DNA from: Leptospiria bacterium
Lineage (GTDB): Bacteria > Spirochaetota > Leptospiria > Turneriellales > CBDBES01
Length of the DNA stretch: 64,000 bases
Direction: 5' to 3'
Assembly: GCA_965261485.1 (NCBI GenBank)
Contig: CBDHCY010000005.1
Span: 1,359,616 to 1,423,615 of the forward strand
Part shown: in pieces, positions 49,901-59,514 of the stretch
Layout of the letters: every line of letters begins with the position of its first letter
How positions within the stretch are numbered: the stretch's first letter is position 1
Made by a program: the position numbers and the translations under genes
The notes under the pieces: generated by a model
The model's database searches: none
Seen by the model: the letters and a program-made list of their open reading frames with translations, nothing else
Told to the model about the DNA's origin: nothing

Positions 49901-51086
49901 ATTCTGGTAAATTTCTTACAGAAGAACGCACAATAATTGCAGCCCCTGACAAATAATTTGTAGAATCAAAGGTAAAGGATGAAGGAGAAACCCTCAACCG
50001 TGAATCATTAGAACGCAAAGCTAATCGTACTTGCTTACCCGGAGAAGGGGCATGACTCAAATGAATCATATATGTTGCACCAGTGTCAGCTCCTTCATCA
50101 AGTTGAACAGAAGAAGGCAGAAGCAAGCCTCCAAGGCGAGAAGCACCATCATTGTCAGTGGCACCATCATCATCATCAAGAATGTTAACCATAACCCCAT
50201 CTAATGCCAACGATGACACATATCCTGAATCGGTGCTTCCTTCTACAACAAAATGAGACAGGCTTGTGCCATACACACCTCCAGACCCATTATCTTCAGC
50301 TATAATTTCAACTCTCTGTGGAATATTCCAATTCCCACCATTACCTTGCTCACTGAAAAAAGTAAGCTCAGAAGGATTTACTCGTAACCATGAACCAGGA
50401 CTTATACGAATCGATACGAACCCAGCCCCTGTTGTCGCTGATAACGCAGGCTTAGTACGAAGCTTAATTGTATAAGATGAGCGTTGATTCTCCATCACAC
50501 TAATCAAACTATCTGACACGACAATACCCGGCGATGTACTCGTCTCAAGAGCACTACCAAGAAATTTAATAGGAATCGCCCCCATGTTATAGCCATCAAA
50601 TTCTAAATTTGTCGACTGTAATGGATCTAATAAAAGTTCGCAATCAATGCTAGACTCTTGAAGTTTCATATTCGGTGCTCTAAAAATAAATTCAGACCAA
50701 GCAGACCAATTATTCTCCTCCCACGTCACTGCATCCGTGCCCATCAAAATGCTTGATGCTTGATGAACATTATTACCACAATTAAGTCTAGCCTCAAGAG
50801 TCACATCTTCATGACTCGAAAGATTTTCTTTGAGTTGAAAACCAATTGAGCCTTTCTCTCCTTTATGAACGAGAATACTCTTTTTGTTAGACCCAATAAT
50901 AGTATTTGATGAATTTGTAAGAGGACCAGAACATTGAATAAGACAAGCTAAAACAATAGAAAGACCGATTCTCCAAGCCCAAGTAAACAAAGAATATCTT
51001 TTAAAAAAATTAAAAAATACTCGGGTTAAAAATTGTAAATTTAGTCCAAAATATCGTATTGTTTTTTTCATTCTTAATTTTCTCAT
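46950..51086 (-). CDS. Large GLUG-repeat surface protein (intact paralog)
   Basis: 1378 aa. AGGAGG lies 7 nt before the ATG. The signal peptide ends LACLIQCSG, followed by Calx-beta-like modules (VMVNILDDDDG). Next come VDDDGDGLIEISTVKHFNNIRHM, a Ca-binding D-rich module, NLWVN and many degenerate AYAGGLLG/HSGGLVGY GLUG units. Confidence 0.9.
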   Translation of the reverse strand: MRKLRMKKTIRYFGLNLQFLTRVFFNFFKRYSLFTWAWRIGLSIVLACLIQCSGPLTNSSNTIIGSNKKSILVHKGEKGSIGFQLKENLSSHEDVTLEARLNCGNNVHQASSILMGTDAVTWEENNWSAWSEFIFRAPNMKLQESSIDCELLLDPLQSTNLEFDGYNMGAIPIKFLGSALETSTSPGIVVSDSLISVMENQRSSYTIKLRTKPALSATTGAGFVSIRISPGSWLRVNPSELTFFSEQGNGGNWNIPQRVEIIAEDNGSGGVYGTSLSHFVVEGSTDSGYVSSLALDGVMVNILDDDDGATDNDGASRLGGLLLPSSVQLDEGADTGATYMIHLSHAPSPGKQVRLALRSNDSRLRVSPSSFTFDSTNYLSGAAIIVRSSVRNLPESIKLSVEHRLLKGESTDDTFFLNRQPSIDVVVRPIVDDDGDGLIEISTVKHFNNIRHMPYGIGYKSGADAAINQLGCPGRDGSCTGYELVVDIDLLDLLDTNENGRIDLTTVGIDKNGNGDDTEDGERITVIDTAQDTSWVPIGDLSNPFTATFDGNNHFIKNLWVNVASSSGDAYAGLFGVTSSFYPNYIKNVHILSGSVHASSEIGNAYAGGLLGRSIGHRNENGLVAVDSIIHSIQIYGYGVSSSANKDAYAGGLVGLYDSLGLDIKYNAFRGKHGVSSYSSTGSAYSGGLLGEIFHPNEFYGYPNSILFDSNIFESHPDYWDVSWSPESLRRSDDRIAPPITRSIPPVHSDSRERKVGVYSYAPRASAYSGGLVGKVKQGFGRLYTTDFKESIVSDGSKGCGFTCVTKNKVGSYDGLVSKYWSGSGNDRYAEGTKKGRGIYQIDPTIGHFPAHDSKLLRHKEKERRSSNSRAFTIRLVNNKVLLNLRVANGDDLVDGILSNGLAGVSAGGLLGEVSGNRIQMFIENSSVFLESSENSRKLPLISSVSKFDSSSGGLIGRVSDLKLKWEISDSYFRPSDYGGREAKSIFAEAGDGAYAGGLLGLVDGRGAPDVGGTILKIIDCDLSNGLNVDGIRVHSVVGLTGINLLVGLNPDVSVVGAHSGGLIGHFMAKGDDGLRGDAWRNIQGAESGKSGVTLDIQEVIFKGSVSSDTKHSRFPVHSGGLVGYFDARAGNGGIVGFNDGGDGGHGGTLKIINSRARGTVSSTSPRNDDWTYAGGLVGHFIGLNGVKGHVPERGRSAGSYKFDLFTNHITIEGGYGGITKWIKDNLAVHDKLFPIDVHNIRKRAWGEKFLDSEYRTAPSRGGYGGQLRVKNSLFEVYIPLYLASDVPSYCVGRQWTWPRCRDEARRAAELACPRSIDTTGDNSGAVVGYLNISNDWHYSENFDHSFRNEESDRADNYEQCIFENRLKKFGFKGNRPL

Positions 51087-51138
51087 ATTAACTCCTCCTA
51101 GTAGTACCTATTAATAATAGGTACACACAAGTATAGGA

Positions 51139-51167
51139 CAGTTAACATTTATAGTATAAAATTACAA
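51139..51167 (-). promoter_or_regulatory. Promoter-like block conserved upstream of both large GLUG genes (copy 2)
   Basis: On the minus strand: TTGTAA (51167-51162), a 17 nt spacer ending TGT, then TAACTG (51144-51139), 53 nt from ATG 51086. It aligns with 26838-26866. Confidence 0.35.
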
Positions 51168-51622
51168 GTGAAAAATAAAAAATAAATAGATTTTTTATTA
51201 TATCTTACTATATTAAACCATTTATAGTAGAATTATCTTAAAATATATCATAATCTATAGTAAAGAAAATATAACCTTAAAGATAAATAATACTGATTAC
51301 CTACAATTAAAACATATTTAAAATATCTTGTTATAAGATAAGTAGCTAATTAAGAGAACTCGTAAATTTTTAGTTTAGAGCTTTGAAGTTCCCTGAAATT
51401 TAGATGTTTTTTAAAATAAATAGTTTAGTAGTAATATGGCATAATTTAACGAAAAGAATTATTGTTTTTTTATCTTGAAAAGCCCGCGAATATAATAAAA
51501 TTCTCTAATCTAGGCGATTATCTTGCCTTTGATTTAAGATAAAGAACTTACTTTTCCCTTCATCTCTTCGAATAAGGAGATACTAAAAATGAATCTAAAA
51601 CTCAAAATGTCGTATTCACCCT

Positions 51623-52129
51623 TTATATTTTCTGGGAATGTTTTATCAGACTCAGAAAACTACTTACAACGATACAAATTAAAGAAAAACCATAGAAATA
51701 AAATTGCCAAGTAAATTGGGTATCCTTACTGTATGTAATTCTTTCGGGATAAAGATAGCTCACAATATAAAGAAATAATAAACAAGCTATACTCGTAAGT
51801 TGCAAAAAAAAGCCTAACTTTTTCATATTAAAAATATTTATAAATAAAAAACTTATAAAAAGTATACTTTTTAATGCAATAAAAAGAAGCAAATCATTAG
51901 TTGTAATTTTATGAAAATAAGTATATTCACTGTTAAAAATAATATGATAACTTCGCCAACCTCCTATCAAAAAAAAACTAGAGATTAATAAAAAAATAAA
52001 AAGAAATCTATCTATTTTGAAAGCAGAATTCCAAATTTGTAAATATGCAACCAAAACCTTTTTCATAACTATAAAAACTCCAACTATAATTATATTAACA
52101 TATGCTTTAAAAGATTGAAGATAAAACAT
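51623..52129 (-). CDS. Hypothetical polytopic membrane protein
   Basis: 168 aa with 5-6 hydrophobic helices, 3 nt downstream of dnaX. Confidence 0.4.
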   Translation of the reverse strand: MFYLQSFKAYVNIIIVGVFIVMKKVLVAYLQIWNSAFKIDRFLFIFLLISSFFLIGGWRSYHIIFNSEYTYFHKITTNDLLLFIALKSILFISFLFINIFNMKKLGFFLQLTSIACLLFLYIVSYLYPERITYSKDTQFTWQFYFYGFSLICIVVSSFLSLIKHSQKI

Positions 52130-52132
52130 TAT

Positions 52133-53461
52133 TTACACACCATCAAACAACTTAGTGATTTCTTTGGAATCCTCTTCTTGTGCCATAAATTCTTCTTGAA
52201 TAATAAAATCAATATCTACATTTTTCTTATTTTTTGATTCTACTTCAAGATTATTATCTTGTTTAGAGTTATCCGTCACATTATCCTGAAAATTATCTCC
52301 CTTTTCAATAGCATTTTTAAGTCGAATAATTTTTTGAGTTAACGATGATACAGAAGGCTGTTTTAATTTTTGTGATAAACTCATAATACTCATTTCTATC
52401 GATATTTTTATTTCACTACTACTAGAAGTCTGAAAGATACCTAAGTTTGAATAAACCTCATAAAAATTATAAAATGTCTGATATAACATCTCTGAGTCCC
52501 ACAATTTTGCTTCTTGAGTAAGTACCTTAAATTGTGACTCTGAAAAAGAATGTCCTTTTTCATAAAAATGATTTAGTTTAATCAAATAAGCGCTTTTAAT
52601 AATATTTAAAAAATTCCATAAAAAATCCCTCAAATTATAACCTTCGTTGTGAATTTTTTCAAGAATAAGGAGTAATTCACGAATATTATCTTCTCGAAAA
52701 TAAGACAACATTTTATAATGTAACTCAAATGGTAAAATTCCTAAAATGGTCTGTACCTCATCAAGTGAAATATCTTTTGAGGAGGAATAGGCAAGTATTT
52801 GATCAAGACAAGAAATAGCATCTCGCATCGAACCTTCAGCCTTTTGCGTAATAGGGAAAAGTATTGAATCTTGAAATGAAATATTCTCTTTTGCAAGAAT
52901 ATTTTTTAAACGATCTATAATTTCTACATCAGTAAATTTTTTAAAATAAAAATTCTGACATCTAGAAAGAATTGTTTCTGGAATTTTATGTTTTTCTGTA
53001 GTTGCTAAAATAAAAATAACGTGAGACGGTGGCTCCTCTAATGTCTTAAGAAAAGCATTAAACGATTCTCCTGTTAGCATATGCACTTCATCAATAATAT
53101 ATACTTTATACCTAGATTTCATAGGTGAAAATTTTATATTATCTCTAAGTTCTCTAATATATTGAATACCTCTATTTGAAGCTGCATCTATTTCAATCAC
53201 ATCTGGATTATTACCGTTCAAAATTTCAGAACAATTAGTACATTTATTACAAGAGGACGACGTTGGCCCGACCTCACAATTTAAGCATCTAGCAACAATA
53301 CGAGCTAATGATGTCTTTCCAGTACCTCGAGATCCAAAGAAAAGATAAGCGTGTGCTATTAAATTAGCTTCAATAACATTTTTTAAGCTTTTTACAATAT
53401 AAGTTTGCCCCGAAACATCTTCAAAATTTATCGGTCGATATTTAAGAGCAAGAGATTTCAC
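52133..53461 (-). CDS. dnaX: DNA polymerase III subunit gamma/tau
   Basis: 442 aa with a GTG start. KYRPINFEDVSGQ, Walker A GSRGTGKTS, a Zn module CNKCTNC and the SRC motif are present. Confidence 0.93.
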   Translation of the reverse strand: MKSLALKYRPINFEDVSGQTYIVKSLKNVIEANLIAHAYLFFGSRGTGKTSLARIVARCLNCEVGPTSSSCNKCTNCSEILNGNNPDVIEIDAASNRGIQYIRELRDNIKFSPMKSRYKVYIIDEVHMLTGESFNAFLKTLEEPPSHVIFILATTEKHKIPETILSRCQNFYFKKFTDVEIIDRLKNILAKENISFQDSILFPITQKAEGSMRDAISCLDQILAYSSSKDISLDEVQTILGILPFELHYKMLSYFREDNIRELLLILEKIHNEGYNLRDFLWNFLNIIKSAYLIKLNHFYEKGHSFSESQFKVLTQEAKLWDSEMLYQTFYNFYEVYSNLGIFQTSSSSEIKISIEMSIMSLSQKLKQPSVSSLTQKIIRLKNAIEKGDNFQDNVTDNSKQDNNLEVESKNKKNVDIDFIIQEEFMAQEEDSKEITKLFDGV

Positions 53462-55914
53462 TAAAAATCATCTCTAGTAAAGAAATCATCTTTGATAATA
53501 GAGGGTGAATGGACACTATCATGAGTTACTCCAATATTATCAATTTTTTGTATTTCTGTTTTATTCAAAAATATTGAATCACACGTCGCCTCAGGTAAAG
53601 TTCCCAAAAGAAATATCTCAGAATAACTTTCATTACATAAACATTCTTGATTCAATCGTTTACCCGTATTTTTACAAATTTGTGCTTTTTCGACCCCTTG
53701 CTCAATAATATAGGGCGTTTCATAATCATTATCTCCATTTTTATTTTTTTTCCGTACTGCTTGTAATTTTCTCTGATAATTTCCCCACACAGGAGCTGCA
53801 ATAGCCCCACCAGCCTGCCCTGGACCTAAGCTAAAGGAGAAGCGATCATACCCAATCCAAAGACCACTGGTATAACGATCATTGAAACCAACAAACCATG
53901 CATCTCTAAAATTTTGAGTAGTACCTGTCTTCCCAGCAGCAAAACCACGATACCCACCCTGTGAACGGACACGAACACCCGTACCTTTAGTTACAACATC
54001 TTGTAGCAGTGAGGTCATAATAGTGGCAGTACCTAATTTATAGATTTGACTCACAGCTTGTAAGTCTATTTCTTTTAAAATATTTTTTTTAGAATCAAAT
54101 ATCTTTGTATAATAATGTAAGGGTAAACTTTTTCCTCCTCTGGGAAAAAGAGCAAAAGCCTTCACAATTTGTATAGGAGTTACCTCCGATGTACCCAAAG
54201 CAACTGAAAGATTATAGGGTATATCGTGTTGACCTACACCTAAACTACTAATAATTTTAGGTAAAAGATTACTCAATTTGACTTCTCGAGCTACCGCGAT
54301 TGAAACCATATTGGCTGATTGAGTAAGTGCTTCGCGAATATTAATAAATCCTTGATAACCTCCTGAATAATTCTCAGGGATCCAATTATCACCCTCTTGA
54401 TCAAGAAAAACAATAGGTGAATCAGAAAAAATTGTTGCTGGAGTAACTTTACCTGAATCAATAGCCGATGCATATATTAATGCTTTGAAGGTTGAACCTG
54501 GTTGCCGTCTCATTTGGACACTACGATTAATTTGATTTTGGCTATTGAAGGGAGAACCACCGACCATCATGGTTATTCCACCTATTTTATGATCAACTTC
54601 AATAAATGCTCCCTGCACTGATACATATCGATTCTGAAAAGGATTATTCACTAATTGCTTTTTAAGAAGAGTATCTAAAGTAGAATCACCCCCCATACCT
54701 AAATTTAAAATTTCAAGTTTCTCGAGAATATTTTTCTGAAAATTAAGCCATAACTTATATCTTACTAAAGTTTTTTTTCTTTTCAACTCAGGAATATCAA
54801 AACTAAGCTGTAATAAATCTAATACAGGTGAATAAGCTTCTGATAATTGCTCATGTTTATCAAAAATATATTGCCCCGATTTTTTACTCTGCCTTTCCAA
54901 AGCATTCCATAAAGTTTGTGTCGCAATTTTTTGATGATCAAGGTCAAGGGTGCTATGAATCTCTAGGCCCTCTTGGTATAAGGCTTTTTTACCAACTTCT
55001 CTTTCAAGCCTTTTACGTACATATTCCGTAAAATAAGGAGCTTTGTCTGCACGGCGACCAAAGGCGGTAGCCGTTGGAGATATATTAAGTGTACGGTAAT
55101 ATTCTAAAGTTGTTATGAAGTGATTTTTTGCTGCTTCAATACTCAAATAACCACAATCAATCATTTTCATAAAAATATGTGTCAATCGGTGCAAAGATAA
55201 TTTGGGATTTTTTATCGGAGAATATCGATTAGGAGCAGAGGGTAAACTAGCTAAAATAGCAGCTTCTCCTAATGTTATATTTTGAACTGATTTATCAAAA
55301 TAAAATTGAGAAGCCGCTTCTACACCATAGTTACCATGACCAAAGTAAATTTGATTAAAATAAAGCATCAAAATTTCTTTTTTAGTAAAAAAAGACTCAA
55401 TCATTGTTGCCATAATAATTTCTTTAATTTTACGGGTATATGTACGTTTTCTGTCTGTCAAAATTATTTTTGCTAACTGTTGTGTTATGGTAGAACCTCC
55501 TTGTCGAATTCCTCCTGATTGAAAATTTGTCATAAAGGCACGCAATACTGCTTGAAGATCAAAACCAAAATGATCATAAAAATGATTATCTTCTGTAGCA
55601 ACAAAGGCTTGCACTAGAGAATTTGGAATTTTTGTATACTCTACAATAATACGATTCTTTTTGAAAAAACGACTAATAAGTCGACCTTTGCGATCCAAAA
55701 GTTTTGACGGTAGTGTTGGTCTATGATTTTTAAGAGCATGAATCTTTGAAATATCAATCCAAGTAACAATAAAAATTGAACATAAAAAAGAAAAAATTAA
55801 AGAAGAAACGATGAGAAAAGAAATAATCGAGATAAAAGAAATTTTTGCCCTGAAAAAAGGATATACTAAAGTACACGAGAAGTGAATAATTTTTTTTAGA
55901 AGAAACTTCAACAT
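53461..55914 (-). CDS. mrcA: Penicillin-binding protein 1A (bifunctional transglycosylase/transpeptidase)
   Basis: 817 aa. GT51 motifs are ATEDNHFYDHFG and GGSTITQQLAK. Transpeptidase motifs are STFK, SAN and KTGT. Confidence 0.93.
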   Translation of the reverse strand: MLKFLLKKIIHFSCTLVYPFFRAKISFISIISFLIVSSLIFSFLCSIFIVTWIDISKIHALKNHRPTLPSKLLDRKGRLISRFFKKNRIIVEYTKIPNSLVQAFVATEDNHFYDHFGFDLQAVLRAFMTNFQSGGIRQGGSTITQQLAKIILTDRKRTYTRKIKEIIMATMIESFFTKKEILMLYFNQIYFGHGNYGVEAASQFYFDKSVQNITLGEAAILASLPSAPNRYSPIKNPKLSLHRLTHIFMKMIDCGYLSIEAAKNHFITTLEYYRTLNISPTATAFGRRADKAPYFTEYVRKRLEREVGKKALYQEGLEIHSTLDLDHQKIATQTLWNALERQSKKSGQYIFDKHEQLSEAYSPVLDLLQLSFDIPELKRKKTLVRYKLWLNFQKNILEKLEILNLGMGGDSTLDTLLKKQLVNNPFQNRYVSVQGAFIEVDHKIGGITMMVGGSPFNSQNQINRSVQMRRQPGSTFKALIYASAIDSGKVTPATIFSDSPIVFLDQEGDNWIPENYSGGYQGFINIREALTQSANMVSIAVAREVKLSNLLPKIISSLGVGQHDIPYNLSVALGTSEVTPIQIVKAFALFPRGGKSLPLHYYTKIFDSKKNILKEIDLQAVSQIYKLGTATIMTSLLQDVVTKGTGVRVRSQGGYRGFAAGKTGTTQNFRDAWFVGFNDRYTSGLWIGYDRFSFSLGPGQAGGAIAAPVWGNYQRKLQAVRKKNKNGDNDYETPYIIEQGVEKAQICKNTGKRLNQECLCNESYSEIFLLGTLPEATCDSIFLNKTEIQKIDNIGVTHDSVHSPSIIKDDFFTRDDF

Positions 55915-55937
55915 CTTTTTTAATACTAAAACCGAGG

Positions 55938-56396
55938 TCAGGATACATCTTCTCGAGAAGATAAATAGTAAAGAGCAGTTTTAATTTGCTTTCTTTTATC
56001 TCCAAATTTAAATGTTAAAAAAAAATCATAAAAGGTCATTTCTAGTAGAGGAGAACCTATATATTCTAAATTAAATTTAAAATAATAAATTTTGGGTAAT
56101 TTAGTAAAGAAACCAGAGGAAGAACCAATATTCATAAAATACTCATTTAATTTTTTTTGATTAATTGTTTGAAACCAAATGTTAAAATTTGCAGAGTTAT
56201 AAAGAGAGATCCAATTATTTCTGTATATTTCTTTCTCATCTGGAAAATCTCAATTTATAGAAGTAATAATGTTATCAGTATCATGAAAGTTATCCGCTCT
56301 CGTTACATAGTGAAATATTTTAGAGTTGCCACAAGAAAAGTAGAAGTGAAATAAAATTAAATACAAAAAACAGAAAAATATTTTTGACTCAAACAT
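55938..56396 (-). pseudogene. Small lipoprotein gene interrupted by an in-frame TGA
   Basis: Manual translation from ATG 56396, which lies 1 nt after the upstream gene's TAA, gives MFESKIFFCFLYLILFHFYFSCGNSK...TSIN*DFPDEKEIYRNNW...MNIGSSSGFF...REDVS. The TGA is at 56252-56250. The 65 aa track ORF 55938-56135 is the same frame downstream. Confidence 0.6.
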
Positions 56397-56397
56397 A

Positions 56398-57162
56398 TTA
56401 ATATCTACCAATCATTTGTGAACTTAGAGATTTAGTCTCATCTTCAAAAAAAGATGAAATTAGAGCAAGGCGATCTTTATATACTTCCTCATTAAATTTT
56501 TGCATATATAGAATATTTTTTATTATATCTTTGATAGTATCTAAATCAGGTATCGCATCCATTATATGAACTGGAATTTTCAAATCATTAAAGCGTTTTT
56601 TTTGCATAGAAAATGTTTTTTTACTACTCCAAATTATATTTTCGAAAAGTTCTTTTTGAAAATAATTCGAGTTGATACCAATTAGAGAATAACCTCCATC
56701 CATAGCAGGGATTAAACATGCTGAGTTTCTATATTTTAAAGCCTTCTCTATATCATATTGAGTTAGAGATGGAATATCAGAACCCCAAATTAAAATAAAA
56801 TTAAATTTCTTTTTTTTTAACATTCCAAAAGCATCTGCTAACCTAGAACCTAAATCAGCACCCTTTTGTTCTTCAAATTTAAGTTTTTTGATTGAAGGTA
56901 AAAACTTAAATGTTGCAATAACTTCTCTTTTTTTTAAGTTAAAAGGTTTCGCTAAAAAAATAAATAAACTAAATTTAAGTTTTACGACAATATCTTTTTT
57001 GCTTTCAAGTTGATTAATAATATTTTTGAAGTTATCCCACTGCCACCTTAGCATAAGTTGGTAAAACTTAAGAGTTGTTTTATCTCCTAAATTATGAGCG
57101 AGCCTCGTTTTAACACAACCAAGAATCGGCGGTTTTGCAAACAAAATAAAAGCAATTTTCAT
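56398..57162 (-). CDS. DUF2064-family (TIGR04282-like) glycosyltransferase
   Basis: 254 aa. N-terminal ILFAKPPILGCVKTRLA and GADLGSRL match the DUF2064 pattern. Confidence 0.6.
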   Translation of the reverse strand: MKIAFILFAKPPILGCVKTRLAHNLGDKTTLKFYQLMLRWQWDNFKNIINQLESKKDIVVKLKFSLFIFLAKPFNLKKREVIATFKFLPSIKKLKFEEQKGADLGSRLADAFGMLKKKKFNFILIWGSDIPSLTQYDIEKALKYRNSACLIPAMDGGYSLIGINSNYFQKELFENIIWSSKKTFSMQKKRFNDLKIPVHIMDAIPDLDTIKDIIKNILYMQKFNEEVYKDRLALISSFFEDETKSLSSQMIGRY

Positions 57163-57164
57163 GG

Positions 57165-57950
57165 CTATGCTGTATCATTCTTTAATTTGTCAAAAGTATT
57201 TTGCATAAGGTTTTGAATCCGTTTTAACTTTTCTTTAGAAGATACTTTTGATTTTTCGTTACCCGGATGTATTTTATTCGAAATAGTGATTGGCTCCAAC
57301 ACACTGATTTTTAGTTTTTGAGGTGATAATCGAAATTTATGAGAAGAAGAGTATACTCGTCCAGTATCAAAAGTTACAATCGGTAAAATTGTTACCTTTG
57401 ACTTTATTGCAACAGCCATAGCTCCCGATTTCAAAGGTAGCATTTGATCACTTCTATAATTTCGAGTTCCTTCAGGATAAATTAAAATATTCTTCCCTAA
57501 ATTAATTTTACGCACCATGTCTAAAATAGCTATCGCAGCCCTTCTTGGAGAACTTCGATCAACAGAAATAAACCCAGCTTTTTTCATACCATGACCAAGT
57601 AAGGGTATAGAAAATATCTCTTTTTTTGAAAGGAATAGAAATTTTTTATGAAAAAAACCTGCCCCTAACGGTATATCAATTAAAGAACGATGATTTGCAA
57701 TTATTACAACTGGGTCATCTACCAATAGATGCTGAGAATTAATCAATGTAATACGAGAAAATGTGCTATATATAATTAATTTTCCCCATATTTTTAAAAC
57801 AAAATGAAGAATAGGAGGGATAAAAATAAAAGGAAATATCGATATTGCTAAAGCAATTAATATTGTTAAAAAAACTGAAAAAGAAGACCAAGTAATAAAG
57901 AGAATAAACTCAAATAAAAAAAGAATGATTTTTTTTAAAAAAATAAACAT
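57165..57950 (-). CDS. plsC: 1-acyl-sn-glycerol-3-phosphate acyltransferase
   Basis: 261 aa with N-terminal TM helices, the HxxxxD motif (NHRSLID) and YPEGTRN. Confidence 0.85.
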   Translation of the reverse strand: MFIFLKKIILFLFEFILFITWSSFSVFLTILIALAISIFPFIFIPPILHFVLKIWGKLIIYSTFSRITLINSQHLLVDDPVVIIANHRSLIDIPLGAGFFHKKFLFLSKKEIFSIPLLGHGMKKAGFISVDRSSPRRAAIAILDMVRKINLGKNILIYPEGTRNYRSDQMLPLKSGAMAVAIKSKVTILPIVTFDTGRVYSSSHKFRLSPQKLKISVLEPITISNKIHPGNEKSKVSSKEKLKRIQNLMQNTFDKLKNDTA

Positions 57951-57954
57951 AAAA

Positions 57955-59514
57955 TCAAATTAATGTAATTTCTAAAGACTTTTTAAATACCTTTTCAAAA
58001 TATTTTTTTTTTCTATTTGCACTCCAAAGCTCAAGAGATAAATCACCACTCCCTTTAATGCCTAAGTAAATTTTTTTTTGACTTATCTTATTCAAGCTGA
58101 TGTCTTGAATAAGGCTTTGATAGCTCCTGTCAAGTGAATCAGCAATTCTTACCAATGCTGAGAGCTTTAAAATTATATCTTTCTCTTTTGGTTTTAAACT
58201 TTGATAATTTACATGTGAGTCTTTTGGAAAACCTTTTTTATGATAGCGAGCGATTAATGATATCCAGTGTTTTTCTTTTGAAGAAAAGTTTAATAATTCT
58301 GAGTTCATAATTAGATATTCAGAATGTTTATGATGATTGTGATAAGAAATATAAGAACCAATATCGTGAAGTAAAGCACCTCCAAAAAGAATATCCTTAT
58401 AATATGCGTCCAGTTTATGTTCATCATTTAGGAGATCAAATAGTCTCACAGCAAGTAAAGCACATTGTTGAGCATGTTGTTTCTCAAGATTATATTTATC
58501 ACTAATTTTTTGCAAGCTCATTTTCTTAGAGATATCTTGTCTCGAATTATATGTAGAACAACCCACTTTTTTATGTATAAAGTCAGCCAGCGCTCCATCT
58601 CTAAGACCTTTAGTTAATACAAGAGACTTTTTTATTTTCAATACTTCACACATACACAAAAGGAGGATTGCTCCAGGTATAATAATATCAATTCTTTGTT
58701 TATCAATACCTTTGATTTTTTCTAACTCTTTTATTGATTTATTTTTTGTAATCTCAATAAATTCTCTCAAAGCTTTTGTTTCTAGAATAGGTAGACCATT
58801 TTCTTCACAAAAGTTATTTGGAGTATTTAATTTTATAATTTCAGCTAGGTTACGAGCTGTTCCTCCTGTACAAAGACCCATGTCGAAAGTATATTTTTTT
58901 ATCTCTCGATGAAAAGGTTTAAAGATTTTATTTACATATTTTTTGATGATATTACGACTCCACTCTGAATCTGCCCTACCTATTTGATTAAATTCAAATA
59001 ATTCTTTCAAACGAACAGTTCCTAATGGTAAACTTTCCATATAATATATTTTATCACTACTACTGACAGAAATTTCCGTTGAACCTCCACCAATATCATT
59101 AAGAAAAAATGAACGACCTCCAAAAGAAATATTAGCTAAAACACCTAAATAAACGAGCCTCGCCTCTTCAACACCAGAAATTACTCTTATAGTGATGCCG
59201 CATTCTTTCTTTACTCTATCTAAGAAAGGCTGACTATTAGATTCTCGAAGAGCGGCAGTCCCCAAGGCAATTACATCACTACAATTCATATTTTTTATAA
59301 TTTTAGAAAATTGGAGTATCCCGCTGACAGCAAGCTTAATACTGCTCTCAGCAAGACAATGTGTAATAAATACTTTATGCCCTAATCTGGCAGCCACTTT
59401 TTCAGAATAAAGAAGTTCAGCATGACCTTCTGAATGTATTTGATGAACTTCAAGCTTAATATTGTTAGATCCAATATCAATAATTGCAATATTTTTCACA
59501 AAGGTTCTCCACAC
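57955..59514 (-). CDS. ppx: Exopolyphosphatase / guanosine pentaphosphate phosphohydrolase with C-terminal HD domain
   Basis: 519 aa with ASKHA-fold motifs (IIDIGSNNIKLEV, DIGGGSTE) and the HD region LLHDIG. Confidence 0.88.
   Translation of the reverse strand: MWRTFVKNIAIIDIGSNNIKLEVHQIHSEGHAELLYSEKVAARLGHKVFITHCLAESSIKLAVSGILQFSKIIKNMNCSDVIALGTAALRESNSQPFLDRVKKECGITIRVISGVEEARLVYLGVLANISFGGRSFFLNDIGGGSTEISVSSSDKIYYMESLPLGTVRLKELFEFNQIGRADSEWSRNIIKKYVNKIFKPFHREIKKYTFDMGLCTGGTARNLAEIIKLNTPNNFCEENGLPILETKALREFIEITKNKSIKELEKIKGIDKQRIDIIIPGAILLLCMCEVLKIKKSLVLTKGLRDGALADFIHKKVGCSTYNSRQDISKKMSLQKISDKYNLEKQHAQQCALLAVRLFDLLNDEHKLDAYYKDILFGGALLHDIGSYISYHNHHKHSEYLIMNSELLNFSSKEKHWISLIARYHKKGFPKDSHVNYQSLKPKEKDIILKLSALVRIADSLDRSYQSLIQDISLNKISQKKIYLGIKGSGDLSLELWSANRKKKYFEKVFKKSLEITLI

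Noticed and set aside
56250-56252. TGA read as Trp (genetic code 4) or selenocysteine
   Set aside because: Well-conserved genes in the window end at TGA at family-typical positions, for example atpC at 5864-5866 and the gene ending at 59496-59498. Trp is encoded by TGG throughout, and I noticed no SECIS-like hairpin. A nonsense mutation or sequence error is simpler.
55754-56354. Track ORFs 55754-56005 (minus) and 56157-56354 (plus)
   Set aside because: The first overlaps the mrcA 5' end out of frame. The second is antisense to the interrupted lipoprotein gene. Both are AT-rich, low-complexity translations.
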